Source: Bacillota bacterium | GTDB taxonomy: Bacteria > Bacillota > DTU025 | Assembly: GCA_050951805.1 (NCBI GenBank) | Contig: JBMNJT010000002.1 | Coordinates: forward strand, 1,248,001 to 1,312,000 | Reading direction: 5' to 3' | DNA: 64,000 nt | Part shown: one piece after another, positions 18,094 through 27,813 of the stretch | How positions within the stretch are numbered: position 1 is the stretch's first letter | Layout: each line of letters begins with the position of its first letter | Notes under the pieces: generated by a model | What the model was told of the DNA's origin: nothing | The model's input: only the letters and a program-made list of their open reading frames with translations | Databases searched by the model: none | Translations under genes and position numbers: made by a program

Positions 18094-18870
18094 TCACCTT
18101 TCTTCCGTCAGGCGCGCGGAAGTGCGGTGCTCCTTTCTTACCAATTCCTGAGCTATGTACGCGGCAACGTGAGACGGCAATGTGCCAGGCCCGAATCCCG
18201 CGTCGAATCCGAGCTCTAGGGCGAGTTCATGGCTGATTCGCGGACCGCCGCAAATCAGGAGCACATCATCCCTTATACCTTCAGCTTCGACCAAGTCTAC
18301 CAGGCGCGTGAGGTTTGCTATATGCACGTTCTTCTGCGTCACAATCTGAGAAACTAGTATGGCGTCAGCGCCTGTTTCTATAGCCCTGGCAACCAAGGTC
18401 TCATTGGGAACCTGGGCCCCCAGGTTGTATGCTCGGAACCAGGGGTACCGTTCCAGTCCGTATTCGCCTGCATAGCCCTTCATATTGATTATGGCGTCGA
18501 TTCCGACGGTGTGGGCGTCAGAACCTGTACACGCGGCGACTACTGTGATCTTGCGACCAAGCTTGTCTCTGATGAAATCGTTTATCTGGAAATAATCCAT
18601 CTGTTCGACTTCTACTTTGGGTATGTGAAGCTGTGTGACGTCCACCGAGTGCACGCATTTGCCATATACGACAAAGAAGGTGAATGGACCTCCAAGGTCG
18701 TGGGCGCTCACGACGTCCACATCCTCAAACCCCATCTTCATCGCCAGCTGGCGCGCTGCTTCTTTTGCCTCAGGCCCGTACCTCAAGGGGAGGCTGAATG
18801 CAAGTTGCACTTTTCCGTCATCAAGGGTGTCGCCGTATGGTCTGACCCTTTCCAAATCTACCTTCGGCAC
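18094..18870 (-). CDS. kamE: Lysine 5,6-aminomutase beta subunit (B12-binding)
   Basis: [27 protein letters not shown]. Confidence 0.95.
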   Translation of the reverse strand: MPKVDLERVRPYGDTLDDGKVQLAFSLPLRYGPEAKEAARQLAMKMGFEDVDVVSAHDLGGPFTFFVVYGKCVHSVDVTQLHIPKVEVEQMDYFQINDFIRDKLGRKITVVAACTGSDAHTVGIDAIINMKGYAGEYGLERYPWFRAYNLGAQVPNETLVARAIETGADAILVSQIVTQKNVHIANLTRLVDLVEAEGIRDDVLLICGGPRISHELALELGFDAGFGPGTLPSHVAAYIAQELVRKEHRTSARLTEER

Positions 18871-20438
18871 GAACTACACCTCCCACCCCTTGTGAGCCGG
18901 GCCGGTATCTCTTCCGCAAATGGGTTCCAGTATTCTGGATTTCTTTCCACGACTCCGTCGAGTCCTCTGCCTCCATCGGGCGTCCGGGAGATACCGGCAA
19001 ATACCCCATCTTCTATAGCCGCCATCAATCCTGTCTCCCGCGCTTGCTCTAATGTTGTTGTAGCTTTGTTGAGAACCTGCTGAGCTCGGCTTTCCACGAT
19101 TCCGCCGGGCTTGAAGGTTATCTCTTCGCCCAGATTGCGTGCGTTGTTGAAGACGTATTTTGCGTTGCGGATTGCAAGGTATCTGTCGTGTATGTGCGGA
19201 GTGTGAACGGCTTCGGTGAGCATGCCGAGAAGCTGTATGGACTGGCCTGTCATCACTCCTGCCAAGTTGAACATACCGTTCATGAGATACCCTTTGAATA
19301 TGTCGCCTGTCATGTATTTTGTGGGCGGCATGTATTTAAGCGGTTTGTTGGGGAATATGTCCCGGGCCATCTGCGCTTGCGCCACTTCGTAGAGAAACCC
19401 GTTAGTTGTGGCCGGGTCGATCTCGAATGCATGCCCCAGGCCGATCTGCTCGTCAGGCAAGCCTGATCGGTAAGCGAGCGCCTCATTAATGAACTGCGAC
19501 GCTAGCACGATGTGGGCCTCTTCATAAGCGTCTGAAGTAGTAAGATAGTTGTCCTCTCCAGTGTTTATGGTTATGCCGGCGTAGGCATTGAGCATACGCG
19601 AAAAGTGCTGGTCTGCAAAGGTGCGCTTCATGTTGATGTCGCGGAAGAGTATGCCGTACATTGAGTCGTTGAGCATCATGTCAAGGCGCTCCATTGCTCC
19701 CATGGCCGCTATCTCGGGCATGCACAGTCCTGAACAGTAGTTGACGAGGCGGATGTACCTGCCTGTCTCGAGGCTTACCTCGTCAAGAGCCTTTCGCATG
19801 ATGCGGAAGTTCTCCTGGGTAGCAAATGTTCCGCCAAACCCCTCTGTTGTGGCGCCATATGGCACGTAATCGAGCAAGCTCTGGGCGGTGCTTCGTATCA
19901 CCGCGATTATGTCTGCGCCTGATCTGGCGGCAGATTGCGCCTGGCCAACATCCTCATAGATGTTCCCTGTCGCCACTATGACGTATATGAGCGGCTCAGT
20001 TCCAGGGTCAAGCTTCTCAATGAGCTCGCAACGCTTTGCGGCGTTCGCCTCTATTCTGGCAAGGCTTGCTTCAATTGCGTCTTCCAGGACTGCTCTAGCC
20101 CGATCGTCCTCGACGTCATCGAAACTGGCGAAGTCGAGCTCGCCGGCGGCAGCTTTGTCGGCGATGGCCTGCGGAGAAAGGCCTGTTGCCGCCACGGCCC
20201 TCCCCATATGGCAAGCGGCTCCGTCTCCTAGTCTCCCTGCTTCGCGCAACATATCGACTAAGACATTGGGAAGCGGGACCCCTGCGGAATCGACGCCGTC
20301 AACGCCGACTAGGCGCAAGACTGTACGCTCTATGGCAGTCGTAGTTACACGCTCTACACCTTTCATTACCTCGTCTGCTATGTCGCTTGCACATTCCCTG
20401 CATCGCGCTATCTTATCAGTATCCAGGTTGAGTTTCAA
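18858..20438 (-). CDS. kamD: Lysine 5,6-aminomutase alpha subunit
   Basis: YVIVATGNIYED, QSLLDYVPYG, NYCSGLCMPE, KYMPPTK; TTG start after SD GGAGGT. Confidence 0.95.
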   Translation of the reverse strand: MKLNLDTDKIARCRECASDIADEVMKGVERVTTTAIERTVLRLVGVDGVDSAGVPLPNVLVDMLREAGRLGDGAACHMGRAVAATGLSPQAIADKAAAGELDFASFDDVEDDRARAVLEDAIEASLARIEANAAKRCELIEKLDPGTEPLIYVIVATGNIYEDVGQAQSAARSGADIIAVIRSTAQSLLDYVPYGATTEGFGGTFATQENFRIMRKALDEVSLETGRYIRLVNYCSGLCMPEIAAMGAMERLDMMLNDSMYGILFRDINMKRTFADQHFSRMLNAYAGITINTGEDNYLTTSDAYEEAHIVLASQFINEALAYRSGLPDEQIGLGHAFEIDPATTNGFLYEVAQAQMARDIFPNKPLKYMPPTKYMTGDIFKGYLMNGMFNLAGVMTGQSIQLLGMLTEAVHTPHIHDRYLAIRNAKYVFNNARNLGEEITFKPGGIVESRAQQVLNKATTTLEQARETGLMAAIEDGVFAGISRTPDGGRGLDGVVERNPEYWNPFAEEIPARLTRGGRCSSCRR

Positions 20439-21606
20439 AAGCCACACCTCCCACTGCCGAGAGCCCCGCAACCACGTCAATTACAGGGAGCTCTCTGATA
20501 TGTCTTGAGATCTCGAGTAGCAGATCTGCTGGATCTAAAGGCGCTCTCCACGGGGACGTGGGGTTTATGCTGATCGCGATCACTGGCGCCTTCTCGAGAA
20601 CACACAGCTGTCCCCCGGATGCCTCGAATGCCTCTGCTCCTTGGTTTCCGACTGCCAACCGCGAGGGATCCTTGGCAACGACCATAAATGCCTGCTTTTT
20701 TGGGGACAACGGTTCCTTAGGCCCGCTGGCCGTGTCTGGCGGCGCGGCTCTGCGTCTCTGATTGAGCCTCGAGGCGACCTCAGCCAGAAGAACATCGCCC
20801 ACCGCCCTCCCGCATATGAGGGCAACATCGTCTTCTGTGATGGCCGAGGCAATCTCCTCTTCCCTTCCCAGGATTGTCTTCCATGGAAAGACCTCAATCT
20901 CTCCATCTGCCCGAAGTATTGCCGAGACTCCTTCTTGCATTATGGGCTCTGCAACTTGCACCACGTCTGCCGGAGGCCGGGGCAACTGGAACATGTGAAC
21001 AGCGCGCTCCGTCAATTCGGCAATCCTATTTGCCGAACCGTTTAGAGCCGCCCCTGTGGCCAGGACGAAGGCCCCGACTATGTCGGGCGATGCGAGGAAT
21101 GTTCTTCCCGCCGCTCCGTCCACCAAGATGAGCTCTGCGCCGAATTCTCGCATTCTTCTAACAGCTAGCATCAGGTCGTTCGAATGGTTGCACCCTATCA
21201 CTTCGACATGGCCCGGGGACAGAACCCTCGCCAGGACGATTTCGCCAGCAGGTGTCCAGGCCCCGAGCCGCTCCACCACGTCCAGACTACACGAACCTGT
21301 ATGAATTGTAGATTCGGCAAGAGCAACGAGAGATCCCGCGGGCAGATATATTGGGGGTTTCGGAAGTCCTGTTATGGCATCATACAGTTCGCCATCTCGC
21401 CCGCCGGACGTGACGCCTACCGTGATGCCGTTGGATGTCGCCTGTCGGATCATCCTGTTGAGCACGGTCGTTTTGCCGCAATTCTTTGCAAGGCCGACTA
21501 TGCCGACGCATTTGCCCGGGGCCCCCAGAGCAAGGTTAAGAAGGATCTCTCCTGGATCTCTTGCGACGCTCGAGTCCAACTGGTTCAAGGCTTGACACCA
21601 TCCCAT
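20416..21606 (-). CDS. kamB: KamB-like accessory protein of lysine 5,6-aminomutase
   Basis: P-loop-like G.AKN.GKTT, TS.GRDGE..D, LVDGA..R, LATGA; lies between kamA and kamD; start uncertain. Confidence 0.7.
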   Translation of the reverse strand: MGWCQALNQLDSSVARDPGEILLNLALGAPGKCVGIVGLAKNCGKTTVLNRMIRQATSNGITVGVTSGGRDGELYDAITGLPKPPIYLPAGSLVALAESTIHTGSCSLDVVERLGAWTPAGEIVLARVLSPGHVEVIGCNHSNDLMLAVRRMREFGAELILVDGAAGRTFLASPDIVGAFVLATGAALNGSANRIAELTERAVHMFQLPRPPADVVQVAEPIMQEGVSAILRADGEIEVFPWKTILGREEEIASAITEDDVALICGRAVGDVLLAEVASRLNQRRRAAPPDTASGPKEPLSPKKQAFMVVAKDPSRLAVGNQGAEAFEASGGQLCVLEKAPVIAISINPTSPWRAPLDPADLLLEISRHIRELPVIDVVAGLSAVGGVAFETQPGY

Positions 21607-22774
21607 CCATAACAGCCGCGACGCCCTCTGTAGCGGGCTTCGGAATCTCTTCGCAGATGCCGCACTGATGGCACTGGCTGATCTTGTCTTCGGGTTCGGG
21701 ATAAGCGGTGATGACGCCTTCGTAGTTTCGAAGAATTACTTTGGTGTCGGTCTGCGAGATGACATATTGCGGGGCGATGGGGATCTTTCCTCCCCCTCCC
21801 GGGGCATCTATCACGAAAGTGGGAACCGCGAATCCCGATGTATGGCCCCTCAAACGCTCTACGATCTCTATCCCTTTGCCTACCGATGTCCTGAAGTGCT
21901 CTATCCCCATCGATAGATCGCATTGATAGATATAGTAAGGGCGTACTCTGATCTTCACAAGTTCGTGCACGAGCTTCTTCATTATATGGGGGCAATCGTT
22001 CACTCCCTTGAGCAGAACTGTCTGATTCCCAAGGGGTATGCCTGCGTCAGCCAACATCTCGCACGCTCTGCGTGACTCAGGCGTTATCTCCTTCGGATGA
22101 TTGAAATGGGTATTGAGCCACAGGGGATGGTACTTCTTGAGCATATTGCAGAGCTCTGGCGTTATGCGCTGCGGCATGACCACCGGGGTTCTTGTGCCGA
22201 TCCTGACTATCTCCACGTGGGGGATCGCCCTCAGCTCGCTTATGATGTACTCTAGGGTGTCATCTGGTAGGGTGAGCGGATCTCCCCCTGAAATCAGGAC
22301 ATCCCTTATTTCAGGCGTCTCCCTTATGTACTGGATGCCCTGGATCAATTCGTCATGGGTTATGGCGCTGTCGGTATGCCCGGCAAACCTCCTCCTGGTG
22401 CAATGCCTACAGTAGGTTGAACAAACGGACGTGACAAGGAACAGAACCCTATCGGGATATCTGTGAGTTACGTGAGGCACAGGGGAATCCACATCTTCGT
22501 CAAGTGGATCCATGAGATCATGCTCTCCCATGGAAAGCTCCTGGACGACTGGAATTGCCTGTTTTCGAACTGGACAATCAGGGTCGTCAGGATCAATTAA
22601 ACTCGCGTAGTGCGGAGTTATTGCCATGCGTAACCTGGCAAGGCAGCGCTGCACCCCTTCTTCCTCTTCAGGGGTGAGATTGACTACCGACTTGAGCTGG
22701 TCAACAGTGGTTATTCTGTTTCCGAACTGCCAGTGCCAATCGTTCCACTGTTCCTTGGAAACTCCTTCCCACAT
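21536..22774 (-). CDS. kamA: Lysine 2,3-aminomutase (radical SAM)
   Basis: WNDWHWQ, CSTYCRHCTRRR, HRYPDR, DAPGGGGKIP. Confidence 0.97.
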   Translation of the reverse strand: MWEGVSKEQWNDWHWQFGNRITTVDQLKSVVNLTPEEEEGVQRCLARLRMAITPHYASLIDPDDPDCPVRKQAIPVVQELSMGEHDLMDPLDEDVDSPVPHVTHRYPDRVLFLVTSVCSTYCRHCTRRRFAGHTDSAITHDELIQGIQYIRETPEIRDVLISGGDPLTLPDDTLEYIISELRAIPHVEIVRIGTRTPVVMPQRITPELCNMLKKYHPLWLNTHFNHPKEITPESRRACEMLADAGIPLGNQTVLLKGVNDCPHIMKKLVHELVKIRVRPYYIYQCDLSMGIEHFRTSVGKGIEIVERLRGHTSGFAVPTFVIDAPGGGGKIPIAPQYVISQTDTKVILRNYEGVITAYPEPEDKISQCHQCGICEEIPKPATEGVAAVMDGMVSSLEPVGLERRKRSRRDPS

Positions 22775-22793
22775 ACTGACATCATCTCCGTCG

Positions 22794-23834
22794 TTATCTT
22801 GCATAGAGATCCTCGAATATCTTGCGAAGTTTCGGGCTCTCACGCAGAGTCTCAAGGGCAATTTCCGCGTGTCCGCGGGTATAGCCGTTCCCTATGATCA
22901 TCGTGACGTCACGGCCGACTCCCTCTGCGCCTAGGGCCGCGGCGGTGAAGCTCGTCGCCATGCTGAAGAAATATATGATGCCCATATCGCGTGTTGACAG
23001 TATGGACGACATCTCTGTGCCCGGAATGTTAACGCAGTTGATCGTGACGTCTGCCATTTTTCCGCCTGTCGCCTCTTCAACCATCTTCATGATCTCCAGC
23101 GGCCGCGTAGCATCGCCAGCAATCACAACATCGGCAAATCCTGTTGCCTCGGCCCGGGCTTTACTAGCTTCGCTGTGTGCCAATGCTATTACCTTTCCGG
23201 TGACGCCGGCACGTTTCTTGGCCTCATACATGCAGAGAAGGCCGGATTTACCGCCTGCCCCGATAATGAGCACGGTATCGCCAGGATGCACTAGCTTTGC
23301 GGTCTGTGCGGGGGCTCCCGCCACATCCAAAACTGCCAACGAGAGGCTATCTGGCATGTCATTCGGAAGCTTGGCATAGATTCCGCTTTCGAAAAGGATT
23401 GCATGCCCTTCAATGTCAACTTGGTCGGTATCAAGATGAACTTTGATGATTTTGTCGATGACAAGGGGAGTCAGAGTGAGAGAGACGAGGGTAGCGATCC
23501 TGTCTCCAACCTCAAGATCCGTACTGCCAATAAGATCGGGTCCGATCTTCTCAACAGTTCCTATCAGCATTCCTCCTGAACCAGTAACTGGGTTGTGGTG
23601 CTTCCCTCGGTCAGCGACGATGCCCATCATGATTTCGCCTATCCGTTTCTCGTCATTTCCGGCCTGCTTCTTGATCTGGGTGAAGCTGGCAGCGTCGATA
23701 TTGAGGGTTTGAACATTAATGAGGATCTCGTTATCGCGGACTGCCATCTCATTGTCGATCTTCCATGCAGCCTGCGGCATCGAGCCCTCTGGTTCGATTA
23801 CTCGGTGGGTTCCATACTTACAGCCTTTTGCCAA
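22794..23834 (-). CDS. kdd: L-erythro-3,5-diaminohexanoate dehydrogenase
   Basis: GCKYGTHRV, RGK.HNPVTGSGG, LVSLTLTPL, LDVAGAPAQ, FFSMATSF. Confidence 0.94.
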   Translation of the reverse strand: MAKGCKYGTHRVIEPEGSMPQAAWKIDNEMAVRDNEILINVQTLNIDAASFTQIKKQAGNDEKRIGEIMMGIVADRGKHHNPVTGSGGMLIGTVEKIGPDLIGSTDLEVGDRIATLVSLTLTPLVIDKIIKVHLDTDQVDIEGHAILFESGIYAKLPNDMPDSLSLAVLDVAGAPAQTAKLVHPGDTVLIIGAGGKSGLLCMYEAKKRAGVTGKVIALAHSEASKARAEATGFADVVIAGDATRPLEIMKMVEEATGGKMADVTINCVNIPGTEMSSILSTRDMGIIYFFSMATSFTAAALGAEGVGRDVTMIIGNGYTRGHAEIALETLRESPKLRKIFEDLYAR

Positions 23835-23875
23835 TTGCCACACCTCCTATGATACACGCACACAAGAGATAACGT

Positions 23876-23891
23876 TGCAATATCCATGCCA
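23876..23891 (-). promoter_or_regulatory. sigma54 (-24/-12) promoter of the lysine fermentation operon
   Basis: Minus strand TGGCAT-GGATA-TTGCA. Confidence 0.85.
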
Positions 23892-23934
23892 GAGACGAAA
23901 CACGCTGTAGCTGCGCTTGCCCCTGTCCAACGTC

Positions 23935-23968
23935 TGCTCATTTACGGGCAGCTGCCCAATTATGGGCA
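23935..23968. promoter_or_regulatory. Two tandem palindromic upstream activator sites
   Basis: TGCTCA-TTTA-CGGGCA (23935-23950) and TGCCCA-ATTA-TGGGCA (23953-23968). Confidence 0.65.
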
Positions 23969-24041
23969 CTGCGTGCGTGACAGTTCGCCACTTCAAGTGA
24001 CATATAGAACTGCCCCGGCCGCTCCAATGACGGACCGTTAC

Positions 24042-25571
24042 TTATTTGTCTGTATAATCGAGATCTTTTCTGCGTATGTCGGAAGCGTCGATGCTGTAAC
24101 GCTTCAGCTTGTGCTGCAGAGTCTGCCTGGGTATGTCGAGGTATCGGGCTGTGGCAGAGATGTTTCCCTCGCATGTTTCGAGTGCAGCCCATATCAGGCT
24201 CTTCTCGATCTGTTCAAGGGTGGGTACCAGCGGCGCCTTGGCCTCTTCCTCTATTGCCGGCGTTGAGTTATCTCGGAACTGGCTGGTGGGCAGGAATCTA
24301 TTGGCTCTAGGTCGGGATGCCGCATCTCCTGGGCCGTGCGAAAGAACATGCGGTGGAAGATGTTCTAGTCCTATGAGTGATCCGTGGGACAACTGGACTG
24401 CTGCTTCAATTGCGTGTTGAAGCTCTCTCACATTTCCAGGCCACGGATATTCCATGAACAGTTCAAATACATCACGGGTTACTCCGTGCACGTTCACGCC
24501 AAATTGTGAGCTGTAGCGCTCAATGAAGTGTTCGGTAAGCGCAGGTATATCGTCTTTTCGCTTCCTCAGAGGAGGTATTTCTATGATGATGACGCCCAGC
24601 CTGAAGAAGAGGTCGCGTCGTATCAGATTGCGTTCTACTGCTGTGGCGGGATTCGAGGACATGGCGGATATTAGGCGCACGTCTACCTTTCGCTCAGAAG
24701 ACTCCCCTATTCTGCGCAATGAGCCCTCCTGCAGCACCCTGAGAAGCTTCGCCTGGAGCGGCAGAGGCATTGCGTCAACCTCGTCGAGAAACAGACTTCC
24801 TCCGTCTGCGACTTCGAAAAGCCCCGGCCGATTCTCTGCCCCGGTGAAGGCGCCCCTCGCTGTCCCGAAAAGTATCCCTTCGAGCAGGGTCTCCGGGAGT
24901 GCGGCGCAGTTCTGTGCTATGAATGGCCGGGCCGCTCGTGGGCTGGAGTTGTGGATCGATTGTACGACGAGTTCTTTTCCGGTTCCGGTCTCGCCGTAGA
25001 TCAGCACTGCGGAACCGCTCTGAGATGCTCGCTTTGCACGGGCCACGACATCCTGCATGTTCTGGCTGACAGCGACTATATCATCAAAGGTGTATCTGGC
25101 CGTTCCTACCTTGACTCGATGGCCAGTCGCCGAGTGCACGCCAGCTGTTGTTATCAGCTCCGCCTGGAGATCAACTACGCGTTCTACTAGCTCTTTCACC
25201 AAGGTAACGTCTTTGGAGACCTCGATGGCGCCTATGAGCTTGGCACCGCTGTAGATCGGAAGTGTTGAGTTCATTGTCGTGATGGTGTCACCCTTGTAGT
25301 TCCGGAATGTCTGCTGCCTTACAGGGGCTGGGCGACCAGTACGAAGGACTGACATCAAGGTGCTTGTATCTTCTGATAATGATGGAAAGACGGATAGAAT
25401 ATGGCGTCCAACAACTTCTTGGGGGTCTAGGTTGTCGAGGGAAGCTGCAATCCTGTTGTAAAAGACTGTGATGCCACATGTGTCAACGATGTGGATTCCT
25501 TCATTGATGGAATCGAGAACGACTCTCAGATCCGCACTGAGGTGTTCAAGATCGATTGAAGCATCACGCAT
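24042..25571 (-). CDS. PAS-AAA+-HTH sigma54-dependent activator (RocR/KamR-like)
   Basis: N-terminal PAS, GETGTGKE, GAFTGA, WPGNVREL, Fis-type HTH. Confidence 0.93.
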   Translation of the reverse strand: MRDASIDLEHLSADLRVVLDSINEGIHIVDTCGITVFYNRIAASLDNLDPQEVVGRHILSVFPSLSEDTSTLMSVLRTGRPAPVRQQTFRNYKGDTITTMNSTLPIYSGAKLIGAIEVSKDVTLVKELVERVVDLQAELITTAGVHSATGHRVKVGTARYTFDDIVAVSQNMQDVVARAKRASQSGSAVLIYGETGTGKELVVQSIHNSSPRAARPFIAQNCAALPETLLEGILFGTARGAFTGAENRPGLFEVADGGSLFLDEVDAMPLPLQAKLLRVLQEGSLRRIGESSERKVDVRLISAMSSNPATAVERNLIRRDLFFRLGVIIIEIPPLRKRKDDIPALTEHFIERYSSQFGVNVHGVTRDVFELFMEYPWPGNVRELQHAIEAAVQLSHGSLIGLEHLPPHVLSHGPGDAASRPRANRFLPTSQFRDNSTPAIEEEAKAPLVPTLEQIEKSLIWAALETCEGNISATARYLDIPRQTLQHKLKRYSIDASDIRRKDLDYTDK

Positions 25572-25601
25572 CAGTCACCACCACCGCAGGAACCATTTGC
25601 A

Positions 25602-25617
25602 TGCCCAACTTTCGGCA
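25602..25617. promoter_or_regulatory. Third copy of the activator palindrome (autoregulation site)
   Basis: TGCCCA-ACTT-TCGGCA just downstream of a minus-strand TACAAT (25628-25633). Confidence 0.55.
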
Positions 25618-25722
25618 TCCAACTACAATTGTATCGTACATTGGCCAGAAACAACAGGATGAACCAGGGAGAAGAAACTTGGGAATCCGGGTGTATGACT
25701 GACCCGTGGGTGAGCTAGAAGG

Positions 25723-25770
25723 AAAAAGATGACTCAGCGGTGGATCGCTTGGCTCCACCAAAGAGTCATC
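25723..25770 (-). terminator. Intrinsic terminator after ddl
   Basis: GATGACTC/GAGTCATC and GGTGGA/TCCACC stems plus U tract on the minus strand. Confidence 0.65.
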
Positions 25771-25794
25771 CTACCAAAGCTCCATATACTTCGT

Positions 25795-26730
25795 TCAGTC
25801 TTTTAGGGCACCATCGAGCAGAATCTGGATGAGTTGATCGAAGGAAATCCCTCGCGCCCGGGCGGCGTCAGGCAGAAGGCTCACCTCAGTGAGGCCTGGG
25901 AGCGTGTTCACCTCGAGAACCCATACACTGCCATTCGGTTCGACTATCATGTCGACTCTCGAGTAACCGCGACACTTCAAGGCAGCATGGGCAGCCAAAG
26001 CGAGCCTCTGGCACTCTTTCTGTGCGGCATTTCCAATTCGAGCAGGGATTACGTGCTCAGACATCCCAGGAGTATACTTCGATTCCCAATCGTAGAACTC
26101 GTTCTTTGGCACTATCTCAAGCACCGGCAGCGCCTCTGTATCATGGTTACCTAGGACGCCTACGGTAACTTCCGTACCCTTGATGAACTTTTCGACGACT
26201 GCTTCTTCATCATAGTTGAAGGCGTACGATAATGCATCTTGAAGAGCGCCGTCATCCTTAACTATGCTTATTCCGACAGTCGACCCCTGCGAAGATGGCT
26301 TCACTACACACGGAATGCCGATGCTCAAGGCGCGCTCCAAAGCCGATTGGAACGGGGAATGGCAATCCACCACTACATAGGGGGGAGTAGGGATTCCTGA
26401 CACTTCAAAGAGCGCCTTGGAGATTGTCTTGTCCATGGCGATTGCGCTGGAGAGCACCGATGAGCCGGTGTATGGGATGCCCATCAACTCGAGGGCCCCT
26501 TGTATACAACCGTCTTCGCCGTATTTCCCATGCAACGCGATGAAAGCCACATCGGGGCGGAGCTCGGCCAGCACACCGATGGCGTTGTTTGCCGGGTCGA
26601 CTGATATGACCTCATGGCCTAGCCTGCGCAAGGCGGCCTCTACCTGTGCGCCTGATTTGAGTGAGATCTCTCTCTCACTCGAAGATCCTCCCATGAGGAC
26701 AGCTACTTTCATCTGGGTTTGATCATCCAA
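25795..26730 (-). CDS. ddl: D-alanine--D-alanine ligase
   Basis: GGSSSEREISL.SG, LHGKYGEDG, EVNTLPG; start 26730 or 26712. Confidence 0.95.
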   Translation of the reverse strand: MDDQTQMKVAVLMGGSSSEREISLKSGAQVEAALRRLGHEVISVDPANNAIGVLAELRPDVAFIALHGKYGEDGCIQGALELMGIPYTGSSVLSSAIAMDKTISKALFEVSGIPTPPYVVVDCHSPFQSALERALSIGIPCVVKPSSQGSTVGISIVKDDGALQDALSYAFNYDEEAVVEKFIKGTEVTVGVLGNHDTEALPVLEIVPKNEFYDWESKYTPGMSEHVIPARIGNAAQKECQRLALAAHAALKCRGYSRVDMIVEPNGSVWVLEVNTLPGLTEVSLLPDAARARGISFDQLIQILLDGALKD

Positions 26731-26777
26731 TGACGTCACCGCCGTTTCTAGCTGAAGTAGACCGACACTGCACACTA

Positions 26778-26993
26778 TCACTTGGGCCAGACACGAAAAA
26801 TCTCCCGCAATGTGCAGGTGGTCGTCTTGATCACTATGAGAAGGTATGCGATTCCGCAGACAAGCAGAAATCCTCGGGCGATTGCAGCATGACGCCACTG
26901 GGCATCGCTCATATCGGCGCTCCGCTTGAACCAGAGCACCACGACGAGAATAACCACGGCAATAACGGATCCGATCATGAGCAAAGCCGCCAT
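26778..26993 (-). CDS. Small two-TM hypothetical protein
   Basis: Two hydrophobic segments; fills the gap between surE and ddl. Confidence 0.5.
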   Translation of the reverse strand: MAALLMIGSVIAVVILVVVLWFKRSADMSDAQWRHAAIARGFLLVCGIAYLLIVIKTTTCTLREIFRVWPK

Positions 26994-27023
26994 AGCTTCA
27001 TCACCGATGCATACTATGCCGCC

Positions 27024-27785
27024 CTACAGACGAATGTCCCACTCCTTAAGCATATCCGCTGTACGCCGACAAGTTGCATCGAACCTTAAGGGAGTGATTG
27101 AAACAGCTCCGGTTCTGATGGCTTCCGTATCCAGTCCGTCATCGGATGGAGGGGTATCCGGGTCCCCGGATAGCCAATAGTATGGTCGTCCACGAGGATC
27201 TACCCTACGCTCGAAGATGTTATTATACCGTTGAACCCCCAGCCTGGTGACGGCCACCTTGCCTGAGTTGAAGCCATCCGGAACATTCACGTTGAGCACC
27301 ACCCCTTCTGGCAGGCCCCTAGTGGCCACTTGAGAGGCGAGCTTTGCCGCTACGCGAGCCGCTGGCTCATAGTCTGATGGGTCATATGATCCTGTGGAAA
27401 CCGCAATCGCCGGTATGCCGGCAAACGCGCCTTCGGCTGCAGCAGCTACTGTGCCAGAGTATATGACGTCGGTTCCCAAGTTAGGCCCGCGGTTGATGCC
27501 TGAGAGGACTATGTCGGGACGTTCCGGCAAGAGCTCTTCTAGGGCCAGCTTGACACAGTCGGACGGCGTGCCGCTGACCGACCACGCCTCAGCCTCGATA
27601 CCCCTAAACGCAGTCTTCTCCGCCCGGAGCGGAAGCCCCATTGTCAGGGCATGACTTATCGCGCTCCTCTCTCGGTCTGGCGCGCAGATCCAGAGCTTAT
27701 CTGCGATTTCAGCGATGGCTCTGGCAAGGGCCAGCAATCCAGGCGCCCATATGCCATCATCGTTCGAGATCAATGCTTTGAGAAT
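27024..27785 (-). CDS. surE: 5'/3'-nucleotidase SurE
   Basis: SNDDG, GTPSDC, SGINRGPNLG, YSGTV; probable ATT start at 27785. Confidence 0.95.
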   Translation of the reverse strand: MLKALISNDDGIWAPGLLALARAIAEIADKLWICAPDRERSAISHALTMGLPLRAEKTAFRGIEAEAWSVSGTPSDCVKLALEELLPERPDIVLSGINRGPNLGTDVIYSGTVAAAAEGAFAGIPAIAVSTGSYDPSDYEPAARVAAKLASQVATRGLPEGVVLNVNVPDGFNSGKVAVTRLGVQRYNNIFERRVDPRGRPYYWLSGDPDTPPSDDGLDTEAIRTGAVSITPLRFDATCRRTADMLKEWDIRL

Positions 27786-27813
27786 GGGAAAGACCTCCTA
27801 CTGTGACCCAAGA

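Noticed and set aside
23844-24041. Lysine or cobalamin riboswitch for the kam operon
   Set aside because: The sigma54 promoter is only about 40 bp from the start codon, leaving no room, and no aptamer motifs are seen.
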